Assembly: GCA_016217835.1 (NCBI GenBank)
Contig: JACRFQ010000014.1
Span: 1-48,083 of the forward strand
Origin: Candidatus Levyibacteriota bacterium
GTDB taxonomy: Bacteria; Patescibacteriota; Microgenomatia; Levybacterales; UBA12049
Direction of reading: 5' to 3'
Length of the DNA: 48,083 nucleotides
Of this stretch, positions 1-13,100 are shown piece by piece. Position numbers and translations under genes: made by a program. The notes beneath the pieces are model-generated. The model did no database searches and had not been told where the DNA came from. It saw only the letters and a list, made by a program, of their open reading frames with translations. The number at the start of each line of letters is the position of its first letter. Position 1 is the stretch's first letter.

Positions 1-456
1 AAAAGTAATCCTAAATACAATGGATTTTATATAAAAAGATTGGATGTAATTTGGGGAAAAATGTTAAAACATGGAGAAACCGGCAATATTAAACTTTTAA
101 GACTTGCCAGAAAAAAAGCAGGAGTATGGTATGGGAAGGTTCATGAACAGTGGCAAATTGACGGTAAAATATCTGAGTTAGAAAATAGCTTAATTCATTA
201 TCCGCATCAAACAATAGATGAATTTTTAAAAGAAATTAATTTTTATACTTCCATAAGGGCAAAAGAGTTATACGAAGCAGGAGTAAGGGGTTCTCTTAAG
301 GATATTATTGTTTATCCTAAGGCAAAATTTATTTTAAATTATTTTATAAGGCTAGGGTTTTTAGATGGAATTGAAGGATTTATATTTGCAATATTTATGA
401 GTTTTCATTCTTTTTTAGTAAGGGGTAAGCTTTGGTTATTATGGAAACAAAAATAA
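1..456 (+). CDS. Glycosyltransferase family 2 (LPS beta-1,4-glucosyltransferase-like), 5'-partial
   Basis: Frame is open from base 1 (KSNPKYNGFYIKRLDVIWG...). LRLARK...VHE, LIHY and YFIRLGFLDGIEGF are typical of this GT2 subfamily's C-terminus. Confidence 0.8.
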   Translation, partial: KSNPKYNGFYIKRLDVIWGKMLKHGETGNIKLLRLARKKAGVWYGKVHEQWQIDGKISELENSLIHYPHQTIDEFLKEINFYTSIRAKELYEAGVRGSLKDIIVYPKAKFILNYFIRLGFLDGIEGFIFAIFMSFHSFLVRGKLWLLWKQK

Positions 457-532
457 AGTATTTAATTTTTGTAATTTGGTCATTGTTAATTTTAGTTATT
501 TATTTTAAATACCTTTTATGCAGGGGAGGCAT

Positions 533-2110
533 ATGCTTGTAACAGCTTTAATAATAGGATTATATAGTTATTTAATTTTTTTACTAGGAATTTTAGGCCT
601 TCTTTACAAAAATATAATAATTTATTCATCGCTTATTTATTTATTTGCTGTATTTGGTATTATTTTAAAATTTAAAATTTTTAATGTAAGTTTATTAAAA
701 ATAAAATTAAATAAGCTTTCTAAATTTTTATTATCACTCATTCTTTTTCAAGCTATAGTAAATTTAATTGGTGCGTTTGGTCCTGAACTATCATTTGACG
801 CGCTTTGGTACCATTTAACAATTCCTAAAATATTTCTTGAAAACCATAAGATTTTTCATATTCCAGGAAATCTGCTTTATTATTCAGATTTACCCAAAAA
901 CATAGAAATGTTTTATATATCTGCCTTAAGTTTTTCTAATGAAATTGCGGCAAAAATAATTCATTTTGGTTTTGGATTATTATCAGTTGCCGCTTTATAT
1001 AAACTCTCCCGGAAATTTTTAAATCAAGAATTTTCTTTATTAACATGTTTAATTTTTTATTCAAATTTAGTTGTTGGTTGGCAATCTATAACTTCGTATG
1101 TGGATTTAGGAAGGACATTTTTTGAAATTTTTGCTTTATATCAATTTGTCTTATGGTTTGACAAAAGGAAATTTAGAAATTTATTATATGCAGCAATCTT
1201 AATAGGATTTTCTCTTTCAACAAAAATTTCTGCATTAAACTCAGTAGTTTTATATTCATTATTAATTTTTATAATTAATACTTATTCAAAATTGAATATT
1301 AAGGAAACCATAAAAAATATTTCTTCTTTTGTATTTTTTTCTATTTTAATTTCTTTACCATACTTTATGTTTTCATATGTAAATATAGGTAATCCTATTT
1401 ATCCAATTTTTGAAAATAATTTTCATATTACTCCGGATATCAATCCGATAAGTTTAATTAAGCTATTTTTATTTTCCTCGGATCCTATAAACCCTTTATA
1501 TTTAATTTTTTTGCCAACCATAATTATTTTTTATAAAAGGTTTGATATGAAGAATAAAATATTAGTTTATTACTCCTTATTTTCTCTGATTTTTTGGTTG
1601 TTAACTTCATCATTTGGAGGCAGCAGATTTATCCTTCCATATTTACCTGTATTTTCAATTTTGGTTGCAATATCTATTAATAATTTTAAAGACAAACATC
1701 TTAAGAATTATTTATTCGCACTAATTATTCTTGTATCTATTTCCTCAATTGGGTATAGGTTCTTGGCAAACATAAAATATATCCCTGTTGTATTGGGTAC
1801 GGAATCTAAAAATGAATTCTTAAGTAAAAATTTGAATTTCTCGTTTGGAGACTTTTACGATACAGACGGATACTTTGAAAAAAATATTAAAGTTTCAGAC
1901 AAAGTATTATTATATGGATTTCATAATTTATATTATGTAGATTTTCCCTATATAGATTCTTCTTGGGTTAAAAAAGGCGATGAATTTAATTATATAGCCG
2001 TGCAAAATAGTACTCTTCCGGAAAGGTTTTTGGATTGGAAGGAAATTTATTATAATAGTAAAACAAAGGTAAGATTATATTCAAAGGAGGGAAAAAAATG
2101 GGTTTATTAA
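533..2110 (+). CDS. Polytopic membrane protein, GT-C/glycosyltransferase 39-like
   Basis: Many TM segments; FDALWYHL loop, YVD, GNPIYP, RFILP motifs. ATG 533 follows a GGGGAGG SD (the ORF track starts at 518). Confidence 0.65.
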   Translation: MLVTALIIGLYSYLIFLLGILGLLYKNIIIYSSLIYLFAVFGIILKFKIFNVSLLKIKLNKLSKFLLSLILFQAIVNLIGAFGPELSFDALWYHLTIPKIFLENHKIFHIPGNLLYYSDLPKNIEMFYISALSFSNEIAAKIIHFGFGLLSVAALYKLSRKFLNQEFSLLTCLIFYSNLVVGWQSITSYVDLGRTFFEIFALYQFVLWFDKRKFRNLLYAAILIGFSLSTKISALNSVVLYSLLIFIINTYSKLNIKETIKNISSFVFFSILISLPYFMFSYVNIGNPIYPIFENNFHITPDINPISLIKLFLFSSDPINPLYLIFLPTIIIFYKRFDMKNKILVYYSLFSLIFWLLTSSFGGSRFILPYLPVFSILVAISINNFKDKHLKNYLFALIILVSISSIGYRFLANIKYIPVVLGTESKNEFLSKNLNFSFGDFYDTDGYFEKNIKVSDKVLLYGFHNLYYVDFPYIDSSWVKKGDEFNYIAVQNSTLPERFLDWKEIYYNSKTKVRLYSKEGKKWVY

Positions 2111-3297
2111 AACTTTTATTTTTTTTATTTTTAATTTCATTTCCAATTGCGGAAATTGGGAAAGTTCAGCTTGATAATGGCGTTTCTGTTTCCATAAACG
2201 ACGTTCTTTTACTTTTATTAGTTTCAGCTTGGATATTTATTAAAATAAGATATAAAAAACGAAAGAAATATTTTTTGCAAAAGCCGATTTTAATTTTCGT
2301 TTCTATCTGCTTAATTACCTTAATACTGAATTTTTATAATCTGACAGCTGAAACATTTTTTGTTTCATTTTTATACCTTTCCCGCTTTGTTTTTTACGCA
2401 TCTTTATATTTTATAGTAAAGGAATTTGATTTAAATACTAAAAATAATGTATCTTTTCTTCTTCTTTTTTCAGGATTTATTACAGTATTAATAGGGTATA
2501 TTCAATATTTTTTCTATCCAAACCTCGGAAATCTTTTTTATCTTGGCTGGGATGAGCATTTATACAGAATGTTTTCAAGCTTTTTAGATCCCAATTTCGC
2601 AGGAGCTTTTTTTGTATTATATTTTATTTATACCTTAACCTTTGTTAAGGATTATTTTATAAAAAGAAAAATATATAGTTTAATTAGTGTTAGTTTTTTA
2701 TCTGTTCTTACATTAATAGCAGTTTATCTTACATACTCAAGAAGCGCTTTAATTATGCTTTTTGTAAGCGCGATTACATACCTTATTTTAATTAAAAAAA
2801 AGAGATTTATAGTTATTTTGGTTTTATTTTTAATATTAATGGTTTTTGTATCACCAAAATCATTTCAGACAGAAGGGACAAACTTATTAAGGACGGTGTC
2901 AAGTGAAGCAAGAATTGTTTCCATGAAGCAGGGAATATTTATTTTCGAAAAAAACCCTGTTTTTGGAGTTGGTTTTAATGCTTACAGATATGCTCAAAAT
3001 AAATATTTAGGATTAAATAATATTATTTGGAAAACAACACATTCAGGAGCAGGGACAGATAATAGTTTTATTTTTGTTTTAGCAACAACTGGTATTGTTG
3101 GTTTTATAACCTACTTATATTTGCTTTATAAAATTTTTCTTCTTTCCGGAAATAATTTAATTAAAAATAAATACGCAATTGTTTTGTTTTCATCATTATT
3201 AGGATTAACGGCAGGTAGTATTTTTATTAACAGTCTTTTTTACGTTTTTATTTTAGAATGGGTTTTTATATTAGCGGGGCTTATTGAGAATAATTAA
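2098..3297 (+). CDS. O-antigen ligase/Wzy-like membrane protein
   Basis: Multi-TM; RMFSSFLDPNFAG, LTYSRSA, PVFGVGFN, DNSF motifs; AAGGAGG SD upstream. Confidence 0.75.
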   Translation: MGLLKLLFFLFLISFPIAEIGKVQLDNGVSVSINDVLLLLLVSAWIFIKIRYKKRKKYFLQKPILIFVSICLITLILNFYNLTAETFFVSFLYLSRFVFYASLYFIVKEFDLNTKNNVSFLLLFSGFITVLIGYIQYFFYPNLGNLFYLGWDEHLYRMFSSFLDPNFAGAFFVLYFIYTLTFVKDYFIKRKIYSLISVSFLSVLTLIAVYLTYSRSALIMLFVSAITYLILIKKKRFIVILVLFLILMVFVSPKSFQTEGTNLLRTVSSEARIVSMKQGIFIFEKNPVFGVGFNAYRYAQNKYLGLNNIIWKTTHSGAGTDNSFIFVLATTGIVGFITYLYLLYKIFLLSGNNLIKNKYAIVLFSSLLGLTAGSIFINSLFYVFILEWVFILAGLIENN

Positions 3298-3988
3298 CTT
3301 TTATTGTTTTTTCTGTTTTGTTTCCGGCCTGGTCTATTGCCACAACTTTTATTTCGTTATCTCCGTTTTGTAAAGGAAGATTATAGGAAAAATTATTATT
3401 ATCGCTTATTACAGCCCAAAATCCATTTACCGTAACATTGACTGCCGGGTCTGTTTTACCCGTAACATTTGCGGTATTTTGGTCTTTTTTAAATTGCGCT
3501 CCATCTTGGGGAGAACTTATTTCAAGACTGGGTGCTGAGTTTGTGTAAATAATATTTAGCGTATTAGAGAAGTCACTTTTTTTATTTTTAATAACTACTC
3601 TTGCTTTTATTTGACTATTACCATTTTTAAGAGTATTTTCGAAAGAAAATTCTCCTTTGTCATCGACATCAGTTTCATCTATTTTGTCATCATTTATAAA
3701 AAGCTCAATTTTGGCATCTTTTACGGATTTACCGGAAATTTTAATTTGAGCGCTGTTTGTGGCAGTTGGTAGGGGATTAAGCGTTGGCGGGGCAATATAA
3801 TTTAAAATATTTTGACCGATTATGCCTTGCTGATCTTTAGAACCTGATAAGAAAAGACTGAAATTTATTAAAAGTCCTATGCCAAATTTAAATAAAAGAT
3901 ATAAGACAATTATTATCCCAACAATATTTAAAATAATTGTTTTTCTTGTTTTTTTCTCCGAGTATTTGCTTAACCGTGATTTTCTCAT
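3281..3988 (-). CDS. Membrane-anchored protein with two bacterial Ig-like domains
   Basis: Basic N-terminus, one TM helix, then two beta-rich repeats (ISGKS...L.NG; VTGKTDP...LQNGDNEIKVVAIDQAGN). Confidence 0.65.
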   Translation of the reverse strand: MRKSRLSKYSEKKTRKTIILNIVGIIIVLYLLFKFGIGLLINFSLFLSGSKDQQGIIGQNILNYIAPPTLNPLPTATNSAQIKISGKSVKDAKIELFINDDKIDETDVDDKGEFSFENTLKNGNSQIKARVVIKNKKSDFSNTLNIIYTNSAPSLEISSPQDGAQFKKDQNTANVTGKTDPAVNVTVNGFWAVISDNNNFSYNLPLQNGDNEIKVVAIDQAGNKTEKTIKVNYSQ

Positions 3989-4004
3989 AAGTTTTGCGCT
4001 CTTG

Positions 4005-4076
4005 AGCCGTCTCTCGGGATTGAACCGAGGACCTGCTGTTTACGAAACAGCTGCTCTACCACTGAGCTAAGACGGC
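4005..4076 (-). tRNA. tRNA-Thr(CGT)
   Basis: Acceptor GCCGTCT/AGACGGC, anticodon arm GCTGT-TTCGTAA-ACAGC, GGTTCAATCC T-arm; promoter TTGCCT(4118-4113)-17-TAGAAT(4095-4090). Confidence 0.93.
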
Positions 4077-4119
4077 AGTATCATGTTATATTCTAAGGAA
4101 TTTTATTAATTAAGGCAAG

Positions 4120-4538
4120 TTATGAAGTTCTTGAATGGCTTTTATGTTTCTTTGCAATTTTTAATTGCAAAGCGGCTCTTCGAATATCATCCTGAAGCTG
4201 TTCGTATCCTAATTCTTTATCTTTTTCTTTCATTGCTTTTTCAGCGCGTTCCTTAGCTTGTTCGACCCTTGCTATTTCTATATCATTAACATGCGCTGCA
4301 TAATCAGCTAAGATGTTGACGTGATTCTTTGTAACTTCCAGGAAACCTCCCATAATCGCAAAGGGTTCAATTTTATTGTTTCTTCGGATAATCATTTCGC
4401 CACGTGTTATTTTTGTAAATAAATCTATATGACCAGGGAGTATTGAAATTTCTCCGTTAACTGTAGGAATGGTAATTTCATCTACTTCTTCTTTTAAGAT
4501 TACTTTAATAGGAGTTATTACTTCTAAGATAAGTTTCA

Positions 4539-4539
<1 letters not shown>
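4120..4539 (-). CDS. atpC: ATP synthase F1 epsilon subunit
   Basis: LEVITP, GEISILPGH, GGFLEV; last gene of the atp operon. Confidence 0.93.
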
Positions 4540-6780
<2,241 letters not shown>

Positions 6781-6781
6781 A

Positions 6782-8305
6782 TTATGAAAATGTTTTTTTA
6801 AATTCTGTAACAGTTTTTTCCATTTTTTTGATTAATTCTTCGGATGCTTTTTTGCCCTCACTTAATTCATCTATGATTTTTGGATACTTCCGGTTCATAA
6901 AATCATGATACTTGCCTTCAAATTCCAAAACTTTTTCAACAGCAATATTATCCAAAGAGCCACTTGTAACAAGCCAGATACTTAAGTATTCAAGAGCTTC
7001 CGAAAGGGGGGAGTACTGTGATTGCTTTAGGATTTCGATTGTTCTTTTGCCTCTCTCTAATTGATTAGCCGTTGCCTCATCTAATTCGCTGCCGAATTGA
7101 GCAAAAGCGGCTAAATTGCTAAATTGAGCCAATTCAAGTCTCATTTTTCCCGCAATTGATTTGATTGCCGGGGTTTGAGCAGCTCCGCCGACTCTTGAAA
7201 CAGAATTACTTGCATCAATCGCAGGTCTGTTGCCGCTATAAAAAAGATCGGTCTGGAAAAAGATTTGTCCGTCAGTAATCGAGATTACATTAGTTGGGAT
7301 ATAAGCGGATAAGTCATTTGCCTGTGTTTCAATAATCGGCAGTGCTGTTATTGATCCGCCGCCATTTTCTTTGTTCATTTTTACAGCTCTTTCCAAAAGC
7401 TTTGAGTGAAGATAAAAAATGTCTCCAGGGTATGCTTCTCTTCCTGCGGGACGTCTTAAAATAAGAGAAATTTGTCTGTATGCCCAGGCGTGCTTTGTTA
7501 AATCGTCGTATACGACTAAAACATCTTGTCCTTTTTCCATAAAATATTCAGCAATTGAAACACCTGCGTATGGAGCAAGGTATTGAAGTGAAGCAGGGTG
7601 TGAAGCAGAAGCAACAACTACGATTGTGTATTCCAAAGCTCCGGTTTCTTTAAGTTTTTCAATAACTTGAGCAACTGTTGATTGTTTTTGTCCGATTGCG
7701 ACATAAACACAGATTACTCCTTTTTGTCCTTTCTGTTTTGCGACTTGTTTTTGATTAATAATTGTGTCAATTGCAACAGCGGTTTTACCAATTCCTCTAT
7801 CTCCGATAATAAGTTCTCTTTGTCCTCTGCCGATTGGTATCATGGCATCAATGGCTTTAATACCTGTTTTTAAAGGTGTACTAACAGGTTCTCTTTGAAC
7901 AACTCCTGCGGCGATTCTTTCAAGAGGCATGGCTTTGCCTTTTTTGATTTTTGGTTTTCCGTCTAAAGGTAGCCCTAGCGGGTTAACAACTCTTCCCAAA
8001 AGTTCTTCAGAAGCCTCAATGCTCAAAAGTACTCCGGTTGTTTTTACGCTGTCTCCTTCTTTAATGTCAGTGGCTTGATCTAAAAGAATAATCGAGACAC
8101 TGTCTTCATCAAGATTTAAGATTACTCCTTTTGCGTTGTTTTCGAAAGCAACTAATTCTCCCATCATTGCTTTAGAAAGACCCGAAGCAACAATGACCCC
8201 GTCTGTGTTTTTTTGGACAACACCTACGTTTTTTAAAGATGCGTCGCTTGTAAAATTTGCCAGTCTTTTTTCTAATTGTTTAATTATATTTTCTGAATTT
8301 TGCAT
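6782..8305 (-). CDS. atpA: ATP synthase F1 alpha subunit
   Basis: GRGQRELIIGDR-GKT, GREAYPGDIFYLHS, PTNVISITDGQ. Confidence 0.98.
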   Translation of the reverse strand: MQNSENIIKQLEKRLANFTSDASLKNVGVVQKNTDGVIVASGLSKAMMGELVAFENNAKGVILNLDEDSVSIILLDQATDIKEGDSVKTTGVLLSIEASEELLGRVVNPLGLPLDGKPKIKKGKAMPLERIAAGVVQREPVSTPLKTGIKAIDAMIPIGRGQRELIIGDRGIGKTAVAIDTIINQKQVAKQKGQKGVICVYVAIGQKQSTVAQVIEKLKETGALEYTIVVVASASHPASLQYLAPYAGVSIAEYFMEKGQDVLVVYDDLTKHAWAYRQISLILRRPAGREAYPGDIFYLHSKLLERAVKMNKENGGGSITALPIIETQANDLSAYIPTNVISITDGQIFFQTDLFYSGNRPAIDASNSVSRVGGAAQTPAIKSIAGKMRLELAQFSNLAAFAQFGSELDEATANQLERGKRTIEILKQSQYSPLSEALEYLSIWLVTSGSLDNIAVEKVLEFEGKYHDFMNRKYPKIIDELSEGKKASEELIKKMEKTVTEFKKTFS

Positions 8306-8306
8306 A

Positions 8307-8657
8307 TTAGTTTTTAATAAATGAAACCATTTCGTTTAAAGAATTTTTAATATTTACATCATAGATTGTATCATTGTCGATAAGTCTTATACCGGCCACT
8401 AAAGACTTGTCTTCTTTTATAACAACATTTTTATCCGAATACATTTTTTTAATTTGTTTTACGATTTCATTTGACGCTAAAATGCTTGAAACCAAAAGCG
8501 TAACGGTTTTGCTTTGATCATAATTTTTTAAAAGTTTTATGAATAACTTTAGCTCTTGTCTTGTTAATTGTTTTGAAATCCTATTAACTCTTGCCGAATC
8601 TAAATTATTTTTTATGTAACTTGCGCTTATTAATTTTTTAATTTGTTTTTTTGTCAT
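8307..8657 (-). CDS. atpH: ATP synthase delta subunit, shortened (116 aa)
   Basis: Lies between atpF and atpA; C-terminal DKSLVAGIRL...YDVNIK matches the delta/OSCP C-terminus. Confidence 0.7.
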   Translation of the reverse strand: MTKKQIKKLISASYIKNNLDSARVNRISKQLTRQELKLFIKLLKNYDQSKTVTLLVSSILASNEIVKQIKKMYSDKNVVIKEDKSLVAGIRLIDNDTIYDVNIKNSLNEMVSFIKN

Positions 8658-8658
8658 A

Positions 8659-9162
8659 TTAATTTACTTTTTTGATTTGCTTGAAGCTCTTATTTAATAT
8701 CTGCTTTTGTTCTTTTGCGCTAAATATTCCTTCCAGCGATTTTGTTAACATCTCGGATGCTAATATACTTACTTTCTCTGAAATTTGGCTTTCAACCTCT
8801 TTTGATTCATATTCAATTTGTTGTCTGGCTTCCACGATCATTTTTTCTGTCTGTTTCTTAGCGTTTTCTTCTATTTCTTTTGCAATCTCAATTGCCTGAA
8901 GCCTTGCTTCGTCAATAATGTTTTTACCCTCATTTTGCGCTTTTAATAATATTTTCTTTTCTTCCTCAATTGTTTTTTCTAAAGTAATCTTTATTTCTTC
9001 AGCCTGTTTTAAGCTGTTAGAAATCGTATCCTGGCGTTTTTTAAGCATCTCAAAAACAGGCTTATATAAAAACCTTTTTAGTAAATAGAATATGATTAAA
9101 AAGTTTATAATTTGAGCAACCAGCATGACTGGATCAAACCCAAAGTTTTTCAATATTTCCAT
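8659..9162 (-). CDS. atpF: ATP synthase F0 b subunit
   Basis: QIINFLII...LYKPV...KR TM followed by a long coiled coil; operon position. Confidence 0.93.
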   Translation of the reverse strand: MEILKNFGFDPVMLVAQIINFLIIFYLLKRFLYKPVFEMLKKRQDTISNSLKQAEEIKITLEKTIEEEKKILLKAQNEGKNIIDEARLQAIEIAKEIEENAKKQTEKMIVEARQQIEYESKEVESQISEKVSILASEMLTKSLEGIFSAKEQKQILNKSFKQIKKVN

Positions 9163-9166
9163 ATTT

Positions 9167-9373
9167 TTATTTAATAAAAGCTAGAATCAAAGAATAAATT
9201 GCGATAGCTTCTGCAAAGGCCATTCCTAAAAGCATTGCCGGGAGAATTTTTCCGGATGCTTCAGGATTTCTTCCGATAGCTTCCATAGCCTTAGCGCCGA
9301 TTAAACCGATTGCCAAAGCTGCCATTTGTCCTCCGATTGCGATAATTAAGCCCCCTGATATACTAAACTGCAT
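9167..9373 (-). CDS. atpE: ATP synthase F0 c subunit
   Basis: GRNPEA loop; ion-binding Glu in AFAEAIAIY. Confidence 0.95.
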   Translation of the reverse strand: MQFSISGGLIIAIGGQMAALAIGLIGAKAMEAIGRNPEASGKILPAMLLGMAFAEAIAIYSLILAFIK

Positions 9374-10109
9374 GCGTACTCACCTCCTTAGCTTCTTCAT
9401 GATGCGGTGTGGTTAAAATCGCCATGAATGCCATAGTTAACATTGAAAATACCAGTGCTTGCACAAGTCCGACAACAACCTCAAGCATTAAAAAAGGAAG
9501 TGGAAATAAGAATGCAAAGATAGTTGCTACGGTACCCAAAACTATTTCTCCTGCAAATATATTGCCAAATAGACGAAAAGAGAGTGAAATTACTTTTGTG
9601 ATTTCAGAAGTTATTTCTAAAAACCCGATAAATAAATATATCGGGTTTAGTGAAAAGTATCTTGATAGATACCCCTTAATGCCGATGGTGTTAATACTCA
9701 TAATATGGGTCGCAAAAGCTGAAACCAAAGCCAGAGCAAGTGTTACATTAAAATCACTGGTAGCTGCTCTAAAAAATGGGATAAGTTTATGGTCTTCATA
9801 AAATCCAACAGCAGAAATACCAGGAATTAGTCCTGTCCAATTAGCAACCAATATGAAAATAAAAAATGAGGTAAAAAAGGGAAATATTTTGGCTGCTCTT
9901 TCTCCTGCAACCGACTGCGCCAATGAATAAAAACCCTCTGTCATAATTTCGATAATATTTTGTAAAATTCCTGGAATTTTTGACATATTTTTATTAACTG
10001 CGATAATTAATCCTATTAAAAAGGCATCAACAAGAAGTGTGTCCAAAAACGCGTTTGTTACACTAAAAAAGCCCAAACGAACAATAGGTTCTGCTGCAAA
10101 TGAAACCAT
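9363..10109 (-). CDS. atpB: ATP synthase F0 a subunit
   Basis: SLSFRLFGNIFAGE, VQALVFSML; promoter TTGACT(10147-10142)-17-TAAAAT(10124-10119). Confidence 0.95.
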   Translation of the reverse strand: MVSFAAEPIVRLGFFSVTNAFLDTLLVDAFLIGLIIAVNKNMSKIPGILQNIIEIMTEGFYSLAQSVAGERAAKIFPFFTSFFIFILVANWTGLIPGISAVGFYEDHKLIPFFRAATSDFNVTLALALVSAFATHIMSINTIGIKGYLSRYFSLNPIYLFIGFLEITSEITKVISLSFRLFGNIFAGEIVLGTVATIFAFLFPLPFLMLEVVVGLVQALVFSMLTMAFMAILTTPHHEEAKEVSTHAV

Positions 10110-10143
10110 CAATAATTAATTTTAAGGGTAAAACACTCTCAAG

Positions 10144-13100
10144 TCAAGCGGAAAAATTGCCAAAAGATTGAATCTTCTCAACAATAACAACCGGTTTATC
10201 ATTTTTCGTATCAATTTTGCCAGTTATTAATACAACACTTTCTTTTGTTAAAAGACCTTTATACTGATCAAAAATTTTGGGAAATATAACGCATTCAAGA
10301 GTAATCCCGTTCTCGTTGGCGATTAAAAGAAAAGCCATTTCTTTTCCTGATTTTTTTGTAAAAATGCGTTTAATGTTTTCAATGATCCCTCCAATTACAA
10401 CATTGGTTTGTTCTGTTTCCTCCTCTAAGGATTCAATGGTATGAGAAATTTGATCTTTTAATTTTATTAAGTTATCCATTTGGGGGTGGGCTGTTAAATA
10501 AAAACCTAAAAATTCTTTTTCAAAAGCAAGTTTTTCGTTATCTGAAAAATCGGCAAAATTACTTGCAGGATTATCTGAAAGCGGGGCGGTGGCGAATGTA
10601 TCGTCGCCAAAAAGACTTGTTTGTCCTTGAATATCTTGCTTTTTCTTTTTACTTGCTTTGTCAATAATTTGAGGATAATCAATTAAGAGTTTTGCTCTGT
10701 TTCCAAAAGTATCCATGGATCCTGCTTTTATTAAGCTTTCCATGGTTTTTTTATTTATCGTTCCAAGGTCTACGCGTTTACAGAAATTTTCAAATGATTC
10801 AAAATCACCCCTTGCTCTGTTTTCATGAATATTTTTTATTGCCGCATCGCCGACATTTTTAATTGCAGATAATCCAAATCTGATTTTAGTGTTATCTTCA
10901 ATTGTAAATACATCACCGGACTTATTAATATCAGGCGGCAAAACTTGGACATTTAATCTTTTGCATTCTGCGACAGCTTGGGCAATTTTTTCATTTTTAA
11001 TAGGTCCCGTTGTGCCCCTGGATTCGGCAGTTAAGAGCGCTGTCATAAATTCAACAGGGAAGTGGGCTTTTAAGTAGGCTGTTCTAAAGGCAATTGTTGC
11101 ATAGCACGCAGCATGAGCCTTGCCAAATCCATAGCCCGCAAAAGGTTCAAATAAAATCCATAAGTTCTGTGCTTTGTCTCTTGTCATTCCGTTGGTAACA
11201 CAGCCTTCCACAAAATGATCGTGTTCTTTTTTCATTTCAGCAGGTATTTTTTTACCAACTGCTTTTCGGAGCTTGTCTGCTTCAAGCCACGAGTATCCTG
11301 CGACTTTAATAGCGGTTAATAAAAGATCATCCTGGAAGGTAATAATTCCATACGATTCTTTTAAAACATCTTCTAATCTAATGTCTGGGTATTTAATAAG
11401 TTTTGGATTATGTTTTCTTTTGATAAATTCAGGAATATTTGCCATGGGTCCAGGCCTATATAAGGCAACCATGGCTTGTAAATCAAAAATAGTTGTAGGC
11501 TTTAACTCTTTGATGTATCTTCGCATGCCGGGTGATTCAAGCTGAAAAATTCCGGTGGTTTCACCTGACGCTAATAATTTGTATGTTTTTTCGTCTTCAA
11601 ATGAAATTTTTGAAAAATCTACGATTTTTCCCTGGTTTATTTCTATAAACTTAAGCGCTTCCTGAATAATTGTTAAGTTCCTAAGGCCTAAAAAGTCAAT
11701 TTTTAAAAGTCCTACACCGTCTTCCCCGATGCTATACATGTCATATTGGCTGATAATTTTATCTCCGTTTGCTTCTCTTTGTAGCGGTGTATATTCCGTA
11801 ATATCTTTATCTGCAATAACAACACCTGCGGCATGAACAGAAGCGTGTCTTGCAACGCCTTCTACTTTTCTTGCTAAATCAAGAATTTTTCTGGTTTCTT
11901 CTTCGGTTGAGTAGGCAATTTTCAATTCAGGACTTTGCTCTAAGGCCTTATCTAAGGTCATGCTATGTCCCTGCCAGCCGAGGGGGATTAATTTTGAAAT
12001 CCTGTCAGGAATTGAATATGGATACCCCAACACTCTGCCAATATCTCTAACCGAACCTCTTGCCTCCATAGTTCCAAAAGTAATAATTTGAGCGACTTTA
12101 TCTCTACCGTATTTTTGGGTTACATATTCAATAACCTCATCGCGTCTATTATCGGCAAAATCTAAATCAATATCAGGCGGGGAAGGACGCATGGGATTTA
12201 AAAATCTTTCAAAAGGAAGTTTAAAAAATAAAGGATCAATATCTGAAATCCCCAAAGCATAAGAAACTATTGAGCCAGCATTAGAACCTCTTCCCGGACC
12301 AACAGTAATGCCCTGGTCCTTAGCCCAATTAACAAAGTCGGCAACGATTAGGATATAAGTTTCGTAACCCTTTTTAAGAATAATAGAAAGCTCATATTCA
12401 GTTCTTTCTTTGATTTCATCTGTGATGGTCTTATAACGGTTAATAAGTCCTTCATCTACTTTAATTTTTATATATTCAGCCGGTGTGATTCCGCCCGGAA
12501 CTTCAAAAATCGGCATAATCCATTTGCCAAGAGATATTTCAAGATTACACATATCAGCAATTTTCACTGTATTTTCTATGGCCTCAGGTGTTTGGACAAA
12601 AAGACCCGTCATCTCCTCGGAGCTTTTGATATAAAAATCAGGAGATGAAATCATAGATAATTTACGGTCTTTTTGATCAAGTGTAGTTTGGGTCTGGATG
12701 CATAAAAGCGCTTCCTGCGCTCTTGCATCGTCGCTTTCTACATAATGATTATCGTTTGTGGCAACCAAAGGGAGACCTAGTTTTTTGGAAAGCTCAATTA
12801 ATTTTGTATTTAAAACTTCTTGTTCCGGAATATTAATATGTTTTTGAAGCTCTAAATAAAAATTATCTTTGCCAAATATTTCAGAGAGTTCTTTAGCTCT
12901 TTTTTCTGCAGTATCCTGTTGGTTTTTCATTAATGATTCGGAAACAAAGCCGTTTAAGCAAGCGCTTAAACAAATTAAACCTTCATGGTATTCTCTTAAA
13001 AGCTCTAAATCGGTTCTGGGTTTGTAATAGTAGCCCTCAAGCCCTGCAATTGAAATGATTTTCATTAAATTTTTATAGCCTTGAGTATTCTTGGCAAGAA

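Noticed and set aside
457-510. T-rich quasi-periodic spacer after the GT2 gene
   Set aside because: Period too irregular to call a repeat.
3879-4070. 63-aa plus-strand ORF
   Set aside because: Shadow ORF overlapping tRNA-Thr and the Ig-like gene on the opposite strand.
9167-9373. Na+-coupled ATP synthase
   Set aside because: The c subunit lacks the Q...ES/T signature (it has EAIAIY).
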